From Octopus sinensis (Eukaryota), in the NCBI RefSeq assembly GCF_006345805.1, contig NC_042997.1, positions 177,072,001 through 177,136,000 of the forward strand: a stretch of DNA of 64,000 bases. Direction: 5' to 3'. The notes beneath the pieces were generated by a model. It made no database searches. It had not been told where the DNA came from and saw nothing but the letters and a program-made list of their open reading frames with translations. Every line of letters starts with the position of its first letter. Positions within the stretch are counted from its first letter, which is position 1. The position numbers were made by a program, and so were the translations under genes. This document shows, piece after piece, positions 10,742 to 26,105 of this stretch.

Positions 10742-11423
10742 TCAGTAGTTTTATTTTTATAGCGTGCTTTCACTTCATTACCGAGCGCAGCTCTGTGTGC
10801 CTTGGGTATGTGCTGTGATTTGTTGTGATGCTCTGATGGTTATTGTATGGAAAGTGTTCTGCGTAGGATGTGTGCAGTGCCTAGTAGTGCAATTTTCTGT
10901 ATGTTATATGTGTTTGTAAGTCCTGGTGTTTTTGTTATGTATTTGTCTGAATATTTTTTTATCATGCCTAATGCACCTACTATGATAGGAATTATTTCTG
11001 TTTTCAGGTTCCACATTCTAGTTACCTCTATTTCCAGGTCTTTGTATTTTGAGAGTTTCTCCATTTCTTTTAGAGACACGTTGTCATCTGCCGGTATTGA
11101 TACATCAATTAGAAAGCATTTTTTTTCTTCATGATCTCTGACAACTATATCTGGTCTGTTGGCCTTAATTTCTCTATCTGTGTGTATCGGCATATCCCAG
11201 AGTATGGTTGCTTTCTAGTTTTCTGTGACCTTTTCTAGTGTACGCTTATACCATCTTTTATCTGTTGTTATTCCATAATGTTGGCATAGCTTCCAATGTA
11301 TGTAGGTTCCAACTCTGTCATGTCTGTGAATATATTCCTTCTTAGCCAGGACTGGGCAGCTAGAGATAATATGATTTATTGTTTCTTGTCCATCTCCACA
11401 TATTCTGCAGTTACTTGTAATAT

Positions 11424-11424
<1 letters not shown>
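10742..11424 (-). mobile_element. Young 5'-truncated Dong-like RLE LINE
   Basis: CCHC knuckle (CRICGDGQETINHIISSC), RHDRVG, RPDIVV..IDVSIP..EKLSKYKDL endonuclease motif, and a 3' UTR. (AAT)n on both sides. About 2% diverged from 12408-13093. Confidence 0.95.
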
Positions 11425-11484
<60 letters not shown>

Positions 11485-12284
11485 GAGTGAGAGAGCAGTT
11501 CATGCCATCAAAGTGACACTGGGGTAAAATATACGAAGCCCAATATACCCACCATGACTACCCGTCTGATAAAGGTACACCAGGCACATGCATCACAACC
11601 ATATGTGCGCAACATGGTGATCTCATATCAAGATAAACAGCACATGACCTTGCAGGTGGGGCCCAGTTAGAATTTTCTTCAGGTTGAGTAGCCCATCCCG
11701 CTCAAACGGTCCCTGAATAAGGGTTGCTTAAGGATGTTGAAAGAACCACCCATGTTTCCAGAGGTGAACTATTCAAACCCCAAAGAATCCCTCTCAACAC
11801 ATGGCTATGATGCTCCCCACTACTTCTGCTCGTGATCAGAGATGCACATATCGTCAGCCACTAAGGGACATGCTCAACTGGTTATGGTCAAACAACTGAC
11901 AAGCAAATCTGTGGTATTGAGCAGAATATTTGCTGTAGCCCATCTTTTATACCAAGACAAAACAATGTACATGATAACACTTCCAATCAGTTAAGATCAG
12001 AAGCTATGAGAGCCACTGCCTGGTACTGCATCAGGGCATAGCAGAATATTTGCTGTAGCCCATCTTTTATACCAAGACAAAACAATGTACATGATAACAC
12101 TTCCAATCAGTTAAGATCAGAAGCTATGAGAGCCACTGCCTGGTACTGCATCAGGGCATTTATACTGCATCAGGGCATTGGTACTGCATCTGGGCATTGG
12201 TACTGCATCAGGGCATGGTACTGCATCAGGGCATTGGTACTGCATCAGGGCATTGGTACTGCATCAGGGCATTGGTACTGCATC
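11485..12284 (-). mobile_element. ~800-bp non-coding element embedded in (AAT)n; probable non-autonomous retroelement
   Basis: Second copy at 13943-14393 shares the same left terminus next to (ATT)n. No A/B boxes or ORF seen. Strand is inferred from flank polarity and the truncation pattern. Confidence 0.75.
11921..12284. repeat. 120-bp tandem duplication followed by a 19-bp minisatellite (GGTACTGCATCAGGGCATT)
   Basis: 11921-12039 is identical to 12041-12159, followed by about 7 variant 19-bp units. Confidence 0.95.
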
Positions 12285-12348
<64 letters not shown>

Positions 12349-12407
12349 GCTATTGCTGTTGTTGTTGCCGTCGTCGTCGTCGTCGACGTCGTTATTATTA
12401 TTATTAT

Positions 12408-13415
12408 TCAGTAGTTTTATTTTTATAGCGTGCTTTCACTTCACTACTGAGCGCAGCTCTGTGTGCCTTGGGTATGTGCTGTGATTTGTTCTGATGCTCT
12501 GATGGTTATTGTATGGAAAGTGTTCTGCGTAGGATATGTGCAGTGCCTAGTAGTGCAATTTTCTGTATGTTATATGTGTTTGTAAGTCCTGGTGTTTTTG
12601 TTATGTATTTGTCTGAATATTTTTTTATCATGCCTAATGCACCTACTATGATAGGAATTGTTTCTGTTTTCAGGTTCCACATTCTAGTTACGTCTATTTC
12701 CAGGTCTTTGTATTTTGAGAGTTTCTCCATTTCTTTTAGAGACACGTTGTCATCTGCCGGTATTGATACATCAATTAGAAAGCATTTTTTTTCTTCATGA
12801 TCTCTGACAACTATATCTGGTCTGTTGGCCTTAATTTCTCTATCTGTGTGTATCGGCATATCCCAGATTATGGTTGCTTTCTCGTTTTCTGTGACCTTTT
12901 CTGGTGTGTGCCTATACCATCTTTTTTCTGTTGTTATTCCATAATGTTGGCACAGCTTCCAATGTATGTAGGTTCCAACTCTGTCATGTCTGTGAATATA
13001 TTCCTTCTTAGCCAGGACTGGGCAGCTAGAGATAATATGATTTATTGTTTCTTGTCCATCTCCACATATTCTGCAGTTACTTGTAATATTTCTTTTCATT
13101 ACATGTTTTTGGTAATTTCTGGTGGGGAGGCTTTGGTCTTGTGCTGCAATTAAAAATCCCTCTGTTTCTGCTTTGAGTCCTGAGCTTCTCAACCATTGCT
13201 GGGATTTTTCTTTGTCTATTTCTTTTGCGTTTAGTTTAGTGCAGTATTTACCATGAAGGGGCTTTTCTTGCCATCGTTTTATCATGGCTCGTTGCTGTTC
13301 TATTTTTAGTTTGGATTTCATTTGTTTTATAGCTTTTGTTGTTTCTTCATCATCTTCTTCTTCTTCTTTGTGTTTATTAGGTGGTATGATTTCTTGTTTG
13401 TATTTGCAAGCAAAA

Positions 13416-13416
<1 letters not shown>
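12408..13416 (-). mobile_element. Young 5'-truncated Dong-like RLE LINE with an open 271-aa C-terminal frame
   Basis: ORF 12506-13321: KPLHG, ETEGFLIAAQDQ, CCHC, PD-(D/E)xK-type RLE, LLGTAHILRR. (AAT)n flanks at both ends. Confidence 0.95.
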
Positions 13417-13459
<43 letters not shown>

Positions 13460-13485
13460 TATTATTATTATTATTATTATTATCA

Positions 13486-13555
<70 letters not shown>

Positions 13556-13556
13556 T
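13417..13556. repeat. (ATT)n tract
   Basis: Direct reading. Confidence 0.97.
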
Positions 13557-13942
13557 GTTTGGATATTGCTTTGTATTTGTACAAGTTGACTCCAAGACTC
13601 CAGAGACCTTAAGAGACAACAGGTCAGACGTTCAAGTTGGTGTTATGACTAGGGTGCCATATTTTTGGTTTTGCACAAAGTATTGTTCGAGAGAATGTTT
13701 GTGAAAACATAAAAATTACAAGCATGATTTAAAAATAATTTGATTATATAATGGTAGTGTGATGTTAAGATAACAGTAGAAGGTGTTGGCTATTATGTAC
13801 ATTTATAAGTACATAATAGTCAGCTTACAGATTAAAATGTTTTTTTTGATTACATGGGATTACGTATACAATATTTTTCATAGTTAAAATGTTTTGGGGA
13901 TTACATAGATAATATTTTTCGTATTATTATTTTATTATTATT

Positions 13943-14393
13943 GAGTGATAGAGCAGTTCATGCCATGAAAGTGACACTGGGATGAAATATATGAAGCCCA
14001 ATATACCCATCATGATTACTTGCCTGATAAGGGTACACCAGGCACATGAATCACAACCATATGTGCATGACATCGTGATCTCATATGAAGATAAACGGCG
14101 AATAACCTTTAGGTGGAGCCCCGTTAGAACTTTCTTCAGGTCAAGTAGCCGATCCCACTCAAAAAGGCCCTGAAGAAGGGTTGCTTAAGGATTTTGAACG
14201 AAATACCCATGTTTCCAGAGTTGAATTATTCAAACCCCAAACAATTCCTCTCAACACATGTCTATGATGCTACCTCACTACTTCTGTTAATGATCGTCAG
14301 TTACTAAGAGACATACTCAGACAATTCAGAAGCAAACCTGTGGTACTGAGCAGAATATTTGCTGTAAACCATATTTTATACAAGGTCAAAACA
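13943..14393 (-). mobile_element. Older, truncated copy of the ~800-bp non-coding element
   Basis: Collinear with 11485-11965, with the same ATTATT-GAGTGA junction. Confidence 0.85.
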
Positions 14394-14395
14394 GG

Positions 14396-15236
14396 ATATT
14401 TGCATTATCATTTTCGATGGTGCCTTCGGGTTTGTAGTTGTACCAATCTTTTGCTCTGTCATACTTGTTGCAAAGTGTCCAATGGACAAACCTTGCTATA
14501 TTGTCGTGTCCTTCTGGTCTAGTGGCGTACATTGACTGGTAATATGCCATACGGTTTCACCATATTGTCCACAGATTCTGCACTTATCACTTTCTGATGT
14601 GTTGTCAATTCTATATTTTATGTAGTTCGTTCTTAGTGCTTGCTCTTGGGCAGCACAGATTAGAGCCTCCGTTTCCGGTTTTAAATCACTTTTAGTCATC
14701 CACAGCTATCTTTTTTTTCTCTGTCTATCTTCAATATCCCCATGAAATTGCCCATTCATTCTTTTTCTTTACTCACCTATTTTCAGTTTCGTTCGTTTTC
14801 AGTTGCTTATACAGTGCTTTATCCTTGCAGTCTTTCATCCTACACAGGCCTGACCTTTTTACTTCTAATAATAGCGGTTCTGTGGAATTTTTTACATACC
14901 ATGCTATGTTGTTTTCTTCTGCTCTAATGCTGTGTTCGCACCCAATAAGTCCTCTTCCTCCTCTTTTTCTTGGCACATACAGTCTGTCTGTGTCCCTGTT
15001 TGGATGGAGTGTCCCATACCTTGTTAGCAACTTCCTAGTCTTTCTGTTTAATCTGTTTAGTTCGTCTACTGTCCATGCGATTACCCCCGATCCATATCTA
15101 AGGAGTGAAACCGCCCAGGTGTTGATAGCTTCTATCTTATTCCGTCAGTTTAATTTTAAGTTAAAGATCAATCTCAGTCTGCGCAAGTACTCCACCTTAA
15201 ATTTTTCTGTCATTTCTTCCTCCATCAATTTATCCA

Positions 15237-15237
<1 letters not shown>
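14396..15237 (-). mobile_element. R4/Dong-type LINE fragment, distinct subfamily
   Basis: EYLRRLR, AINTWAVSLLRY, LHPNRDTDRLYVPRKRGGRGL, ETEALICAAQEQALRTN, KCRICGQYGETVWH, WYNYKPEG. Confidence 0.92.
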
Positions 15238-15268
<31 letters not shown>

Positions 15269-15283
15269 TTGGTTGTAGTAGTT

Positions 15284-15320
<37 letters not shown>

Positions 15321-15332
15321 TAATAGTAGTAA

Positions 15333-15368
<36 letters not shown>

Positions 15369-15385
15369 TAGTAGTATCAGCAGCA
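15238..15385. repeat. Compound (AGT)n/(AGC)n microsatellite
   Basis: Direct reading. Confidence 0.95.
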
Positions 15386-16239
15386 GAAGTTGTAGTAACG
15401 TCGAGACGCACACGAATACTAATAGGAGACATTTTTCCTTAATTATAAAGATATGTATACCGATCGACCGGAAATTAAAATATCATCATCATCATCATCA
15501 TCGTCGTCGTCGCCGTTGTTGTTCTTGTTGTGGTAAGACTGTGGTTGTTCTTGTGATTGTAGAATATATTGTAACTAAAATATACACGTAAGAAATGCAT
15601 AATTCAAGTTATTTCGAGAGTAGTTTCATTTATTCATTTATGTGTTTACTTATTTGTTCCTTTATTTTATCATGTCGTCTTTCAAGCACTTAGATGGTTT
15701 TTATACAACGAGAAAATGATGTCTTATGAAAACTCTTTATTGAATCTGTTTTTTTCATCACCGTCCCTGAATTTTTCTTCACTGTTCAATTGTTATATGT
15801 AATCTAGTTACATATCTAATGCACAGAATGCTTGAAACCCAAAGAAAAACAATCCACCTTCCAGACGAATCAAATAACAAGAATAAAAATTAAACAATAA
15901 TAAAGTTACCTAACTTTTGATATGGGTAAAATCGTAACTTCAGTAAAAGTTTAGAGTAGATTATGCAAACCACTGTAGTTGTATCTGATTGGTACCCGAA
16001 AGGGTGAAAGTCAAATTTGTCTCCGATAGGTTCTTGAAATCAGAGAGCAAACGGACATAATTCAATGCTGCAAAACATATTCTTTCCCGCCGCTACTATC
16101 GATATTACCATTTCCAACTATTTTTAACGAAGGCACAAGGGCACATATTTCCTGAAGAGAGGTGCACAGTCGATTTTATTGATTCCGGTACGTCACTCGT
16201 ACTTATTTTATTGACATTCGTAGGATGAAAAAGAAATGT

Positions 16240-17465
16240 TGAATTACTTTTTATTTGACACTACCTTTTGCCGACAATAATGTGGAATTGCGATGGGAGC
16301 AAAAGCAGCCCCAATTTTTGCGAAACTAATCATGGGATATTGAGAAACACTACAAAATATGGATGCTCATTTTACCATTATATAAGAGAACTGGAAAAGA
16401 TATCTGGGTAAGTGCTTTATTATTTGGAATGAGAATATTGATAACTATTTGAATTTAAATCATTACTCAGTGATATAAATCCAAATATTCAATTTACAAT
16501 GGAGTATAGCAAAGAGCAACCCTCATTGTTTATATTTTGATTTAAAAAGTCAACAATGAAATTGAAACTGATACCAGACTCGAAACAATACCTTCTGTTT
16601 AATTCTTGGTACCAAAAACATAAAAAAACAATATTCCCTTTAATTTAACAAAAAGGATTTGCACAATAGTGTCTGATACAAATATTCGGGACTTACGACT
16701 CCAAGGCCTTTGAACCTCACTAACCGAGAGACACTATCCACCCTCACTAATAGATGATGGGATTAAACATGCCAAGAAAATAGATGATAGAATACTACGG
16801 GAAACAAAAGCAAAATCCCACCTCAAAGCAAAATCCCACACCTCATCTACAAATGTCACCCTACATATCGACATGCAACCCTAGAAACAATGAGGTATAT
16901 AACATCATTTTTCAAAATTTACTGATGCTCACTAGGGACCCAAAGATGAATCACATTTCACAAACACACAAATTCATCAAAAGTGAAAAAAATAACCTAA
17001 ATCATTAAAAAGAATATTGACAAATGCGAAGTTATACCCAACAACGATGAAACCAATTTTTAAAAGATGCAGGCATCCAAACTGTGGAACATGCCCCAAC
17101 CTACTGGCAGTTTCGGAATTCCACTTCAAACAAGGAAAGGGATTCACAATTGAGACCAATTTCACTTGTGCATCCTAAAATTTAATTTATGTGATAACTA
17201 GTTCAGAGTGTGGACACAACTATACAGGTCAATCGAACATGTCCCTTAGACAGTGAAATACACTTCATAAAGAACAGATTCGTTTCCCAAGGTATAGACA
17301 GATAATTTTAAGTGAACACATAGAGAGATGTGCGGGGAATCGCCGGCCAATCTTCACGGTTTTCCTTATCTACCAGTACAAGGAAACAATTTCTATACAA
17401 CAACGATTAAATAAAGAGAACATATTTATAGAAAAATACAAAACACGCCTGAATATGAACAGATA
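16240..17465 (+). mobile_element. Penelope-like element: RT C-terminal half plus GIY-YIG endonuclease, disrupted
   Basis: GIAMGAKAAPIFAKLIMGY, WKRYL, NIQFTMEYS, NNIPFNL..RICTIVSD, RHYPPSLI, CRHPNCGTC, NFTCAS*NLIYVIT..CGHNYTGQ. Confidence 0.92.
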
Positions 17466-17679
17466 ACCAATTTTGGATTTTGTAACGCATAACCAACTTT
17501 GTACATATTTTATATCATAATTTTAATTCATGAATTTATAACTTCATATTATAAATACTATAATTTTACCCTCCGAAAAATTGTACTCACAAAGAATTGT
17601 ACCTCATTTTCCATAGCCTAGTTATTTCGTGTTTAAGAGGGTTGTAATCATCTATTTTGTCGCCTTCCTTCTTGACAAT

Positions 17680-18335
17680 TCATAGGTCAAAGAGACATGC
17701 AACATCAACTATATAGCATTGTGGTGCACCTTGCCGACCACCACTAGGTCCGGTCTGTTATGCTCTAGCACTTGATATGTTTGGATTGGGAAATCCCAGA
17801 GAATTTAGCTTTGTCTCCGATTCCGCCGCTCTCAGCGGTTTGTGCTCATACCACGTCTTATCTCTCTCTAGTTCCCACTTTGCGCACAGTTTCCAATGTA
17901 GTACTTTCGCTACCTCAATCTGTCAATACAACTTGTAGTGGTTCTGGGCAAGTCTAGGGCATCTGTTCATGAAATGGGCAAGGGTTTAATCCACTCTATA
18001 GCAGATGCGACATAACTGAGACACTTGCTCATTTCTTGGATTGCCTTTAGTTTCATATCAACAGACCACTTGCGTTTTCGAGCTCGTTACATTATTTGAC
18101 CAGTACAAGGGCTGTGTCTTGTATGGCTAGCAGTTATTGGATTACGACAAAACCCACCCTAAGGCACAGTGTGGCACCTGCCGGGTGCGGTACCTTCACC
18201 ATTGGTTCTAGTCCTGTTCACACCGTTATCGTCATTTATTTGGTTTGGCATTTTCACTCACAAATGAGTTTGAATAGTGTATTCACATTCGGCTCTGTAA
18301 ATTTTGGAAGTGTTGGTTGGATATCTGTTACATGA
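17680..18335 (-). mobile_element. Old R4/Dong-type LINE fragment (third subfamily)
   Basis: CPRLAQNHY, VAKVLHWKLCAKWELERDKTWYEHKP, LEHNRPDLVVV, IVDVAC. Confidence 0.8.
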
Positions 18336-18805
18336 TACATAATTCAATGCTGCAAAACATATTCTTTTACTCGATTGTGTGTATATTCAGCCCTAGCATT
18401 TTCAAATTTTATAAAAATTGGAAATATTCTACTGAAGAGAGAAGTAAGTAAAATTTAAATAACTTTAATCTTGAAACGCGTATATAATTAATCCTGATCG
18501 TATCGAATCATTGTTTTTCTCTTTGCTTTCGTAAAAATGTATGTTACCGTCATGGAAATTCTTATAGTAGCACAAAAAAAAAAATTAACTCCTATTTCTA
18601 AATTCGGTATGTGGTGAAGCAATTAGCTGAAATCTAATTATAATTATGTGGATAATTTTACCTATATAGGTTATTTTAACGTACCGATCTACTTGGTAAA
18701 ATTATTTATTAATTGATTATTAATTAATTAATTTAATTAATAAATTTTACCCTTTTATTACTAATTAAAAAATATTTATATATATATATATCTATATATA
18801 TAATA

Positions 18806-18854
<49 letters not shown>

Positions 18855-19134
18855 AATGCAAGAAAATAGAATGTTACATAAATGCTATATAATGATGTGT
18901 ATGGTATGCACACTCAGAAATGAACAACTGATGCTATTGGACATAAACAATTGTTGGAATTTAGATTAAAGCTTGTTCATTCAGTATTCTTGTATTAGAA
19001 ATGTTTTTGTATGAATTCTGCGAACTCTTACGAATTTCCATGTCTAAGGGAAGTATTTCTGCTGTTATGATGGCATACGGTAGCTGATAACCGCAGAGGA
19101 GCTTTGGAATACACGTTAGGAAGTTACTATCTAG

Positions 19135-19209
<75 letters not shown>

Positions 19210-19278
19210 TATATATCTATATATCTATATATATATTAATATATATATATATATATATAATATATATATATAATATAC

Positions 19279-19617
19279 GTGAAGGCACGTGGCTCAGTGG
19301 TTAGAGCGTCGAGCTTACGATCGTGAGGTTGTGAGCTCGAATCCCGGAGCGGGCTGCGTGTTGTGTTCTTGAGCAAAACACTTTATTTCACGTTGCTCCG
19401 GTTCACTCAGCTGTAGAAATGAGTTGCGACGTCACAGGTGCCAAGCTGTATTGGCCCTTGCCTTTCCCTTGAACAACATCGGTGACGTGGAGAGGGGAGG
19501 CCGGTATGCATGGGCGACTGCTGGTCTTCCATAAATCAACCTTGCCCAGACTTGTGCCTCAGAGGGTAACTCTCTAGGTGCAAACCCATGGTCAGTGTCT
19601 GACCGAAGGGGGTCACC
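19279..19617 (+). mobile_element. SINE group C, full-length, within (TA)n
   Basis: tRNA-like head GGCTCAGTGGTTAGAGCG...GAGCTCGAATCCC, body GTGTTCTTGAGCAAAACAC. Confidence 0.88.
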
Positions 19618-19649
<32 letters not shown>

Positions 19650-19691
19650 CATATATATAGAACATATATATATAATATATATATATATATG

Positions 19692-20870
19692 TAATAAAAT
19701 AGAACATATGCATATATATAAACATATATGTACGTACCTACCTCTACATGTACATATACACGCATATATGGCAGGACACAAAAAAGACGTCGAACACATA
19801 GAGAGACGAAAAACATAGACACAAACCAAGGAACAGGACAAGCAAAAAAGAAAAAAAGAGATACAGGACAATAAGCACAACGAAAAATCCCCTTCTTCAG
19901 TCGCTAAGGTTTCATCTACTCTACGTTTCGAAGGATAAAAGCGAGACGTATACTTCGAAGAAACTTCCTTCCTGCGAAAAGCAAATCAATTAAAATTCTG
20001 AGATCTTTTCGCAGAGGGGTAAAAAATGGTAAAAAAAGCAAGACGGTAACGACAGTACAAACATATAAACAGTAAAAAAAAAAAAAAAAAAAAATTATAT
20101 ATAAACAGTTGAAAAATAAATATATAACAGTGAGAGACAGGACAAGGAGAACAAGATAAGAAGGGCTGTTTACGCCAGACGAAAAAAGTAATGCAAACGC
20201 TGGATTATAGTGGACGACGAGAGAGAAAGAATGTCGACCAGTGGCCTTAGAAGGCGGGCGAGAAAAGACAGGATAGCAGTTACGACGGAAGTATCGTCGC
20301 AGATGGACGACGGGAATGGGGGAGGAGGAGCAAGAGGAAGAGAGAGAAGAAGGGGAATGGTGCGAGGAGACCATGAAGAATGGTGAGGGGGAGAGAGAGA
20401 ATGAAGAATGAGAGAGAGAGGAAGAGACAAGTTAAGTGAGGGAAAAAGGACGAAAAAGGGAATGGAGAGAAAGAAAGAAAGATGCAGAGTCGCGTGAGAG
20501 TTAATATCAAGGCTAACTTGATAAACAGAACAATCTTACTTAATAGGGTGCGTGCGTTTAGTCGTATAATATGTTAATAAAATAGAACATATGCATATAT
20601 ATAAACATATATGTACGTACCTACCTCTACATGTACATATACACGCATATATGTGTACAGGACACCAAAAAGACGTCGAACACATAGAGAGACGAAAAAC
20701 ATAGACACAAACCAAGGAACAGGACAAGCAAAAAAGAAAAAAAGAGATACAGGACAATAAGCACAACGAAAAATCCCCTTCTTCAGTCGCTAAGGTTTCA
20801 TCTACTCTACGTTTCGAAGGATAAAAGCGAGACGTATACTTCGAAGAAACTTCCTTCCTGCGGAAAGCAA
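19692..20870. mobile_element. Non-coding element with ~295-bp near-identical direct repeats (Penelope pseudo-LTR-like or TRIM-like)
   Basis: 19692-19984 matches 20575-20870 with only a few differences. The AG-rich spacer is 590 bp. The minus strand of each repeat has GAAACGUA and CUGAAGAAGG. Confidence 0.65.
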
Positions 20871-21149
20871 TACACATATATATATACATATATATATATA
20901 TATATGTATATATATATGTGTGTAAACACACATATATATATAACATGCTTATAAACACATACACTCACACGCACACGCACACACCCACAAACACTCATAT
21001 ACGCACATATATATATATTTATTTGGATTTGGGGATTTCTACTTGGTAATACCATTATACACGTCCATTATTCGCTCGTAACATATTTTATCTATTAGAT
21101 TTATTATATCTATTAGCCATATGATACATTATTCTATACTGATATATGC

Positions 21150-24140
<2,991 letters not shown>

Positions 24141-24418
24141 TTTAATGGAATATAAGTCAAAATGCTGGCCCATAAGATTCATGGCGTTTACGAATTTTGC
24201 CAACAATTCTTAGAACAGATATATATCTTGACTGATACCCTGCCAAAATGGTTGACATTAAAGAAATATGTTCTCCACATGCTTACTATGTGAACATCAA
24301 AAGTGCTCATTTATTTTAACATCTGTCTATCTACCTATCTATCTTTTTGCATCAGAATATAACTTTTCACGTATAAATACGTTGTTAGATGCGTATGTTG
24401 TGCGTATGTAGGCGTTTG

Positions 24419-24449
<31 letters not shown>

Positions 24450-24541
24450 TGTGTTTAGGCTGTAAGAACCCATTTATTATAGTTTCTTTCAACGTTCGTG
24501 TTGTGCAATACACGCTTGGTCATAATAAAAAAAACCCACTG

Positions 24542-24543
<2 letters not shown>

Positions 24544-24573
<30 letters not shown>

Positions 24574-24685
24574 CTTCTTCTTCTTCTTCTTCTTCTTCTT
24601 CTTCTTCTTCTTCTTCTTCTTCTTCTTCTTCTTCTTCTTCTTCTTCTTCTTCTTCTTCTTCTTCTTCTTCTTCTTCTTCTTCTTC
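24544..24685. repeat. (CTT)n, about 47 perfect units
   Basis: Direct reading. Confidence 0.98.
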
Positions 24686-25064
24686 ATTGATGGAAACTCT
24701 TACGTTTGATGAAAACGATCTTACGTTCACTTTCGTGTCTTTTCTGATTATCTCCCTTGAAAGCACGCTCATATTTTCCACGTAAGTTATGGCGGTGTTG
24801 TTGTTTCCAAGGTTTTATTTTCGTTTCTCTCTTATTAATTTTACTCGCGCCTCTATCTTAGTGGAAACTGATGGATAACGAAATCAAACGACATAAACGG
24901 CAGCAAAACCGTTCAGAAATTAAATAGCAATAAACTATTCAGTAATAATAATAAATTCAATTTATCCTCAACAATTTTTAATTTTACCAATTTTGAATAT
25001 ATCGCTCCTGTTTAAAAACTTTTACCTACTTGACAATTGCATTTCTAGCTCTGCATTGAAGGGA

Positions 25065-25225
25065 GCTTTACTTCTTGGACTCGCATTTTTGTGCGCAATG
25101 ATGTTGTTAAACTTCCGTTAACAGCACCGTATGCAGGTCCTTTCCGTTTTCTTTCACGCACGGATAAATTTTTCACTATAGATCTTAATGGTCGTAAAGA
25201 CACTATATCAGTGGACAGATTACAG
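25065..25225 (+). mobile_element. Gypsy-type integrase C-terminal fragment
   Basis: TRIFVRNDVVKLPLTAPYAGPFRFLSRTDKFFTIDLNGRKDTISVDRL resembles the GPY/F region. Confidence 0.8.
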
Positions 25226-25530
25226 ACTAAAAAAGGCCGTCATAGAGAAAACTGTCCATGTTCCCACTGCAGACGGCACATACACAGTATTACAAACACA
25301 GACCACACACCCACCTCCACGTTCCATGACTACCATTGGGATCGATCAGGTACCAGACAAGGATTCTGGATTCTTTTCCCGTTTGTTTTACTTAATTTTT
25401 GAGAGCGATCGGGTTCATTTTCAGTATTCTCGTTTGTGAGAGCAGTCGAGTTTATTTCATACCTTGAGAGGATGGTGTTGTCTTGGCGGAGGATTGAGCT
25501 CTCTAAGTGCTCTTATTATTATTATTATAA

Positions 25531-25561
<31 letters not shown>

Positions 25562-25829
25562 TATTATTATTATGTTCTGGAATTTTATGTCACATTGTCT
25601 TTTGAGAATTACGCTTGTGTACTACATCAATTTCACTTTGTTTTAAAGTTTGATATGTTGTGTCTGGTGTTGTACATTCCAGTCGGCTCTGTACAGTATG
25701 TGTGATGTGATTTGTGTTATTGTATTGGGTGATGCTTGTGCTTCATATATGCTCTTTGCTTCTGTGCTATATGTTTAAGCTGTCGAACGACGATTGTATT
25801 TTTTTAAATGATGTGTTATTAGTGTTTCA

Positions 25830-26105
25830 AATTCTAGTTCTAGACAGTGATTGAGTAGAATACATGCTGGTTGCATCGGTGTAGAAAGTGAGTTGTATGA
25901 GTTGGTGTTATGGTATCAGGTATCAATTATGAGGAAGCACGTTGGTCATAAAGCAAATCAGATTAGCTAAGCTGGAAATCAGGAAGGAATGCATAGGGAT
26001 TTGACTATTAATTCTGATCCACCAAAGGGAAGGTGTTACAAAGGTTCAAGGCTAGAAACTGTCAATGAACGTTGGACACCGTCTAATGATATCAACACCT
26101 CCCGG
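25830..26105 (-). mobile_element. Possible CR1/Jockey-type LINE 3' remnant
   Basis: SLDGVQR..SSLEPL*H resembles the LD.VQ...L.PL.HRR C-terminal motif. Heavily decayed. Confidence 0.35.

Noticed and set aside
11712-11745. CTGAA(T/G)A..GAAA in the 800-bp element as a hammerhead
   Set aside because: The young copy reads CTGAATA and GAAAGAAC. Helices I-III could not be formed.
12140-12284. 19-bp repeats as a CRISPR array
   Set aside because: Units are head-to-tail with no unique spacers; eukaryotic context; no cas genes.
19279-19350. tRNA genes at SINE heads (also 27632, 44519, 56152, 63827)
   Set aside because: A/B boxes run directly into repeat bodies and LINE-like tails. Multi-copy, with TSDs on some copies. 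No complete acceptor stem or T-run terminator.
24389-24785. Poly-E, poly-F and poly-S ORFs
   Set aside because: All arise from the (CTT)n tract; the same applies to 41321-41698.
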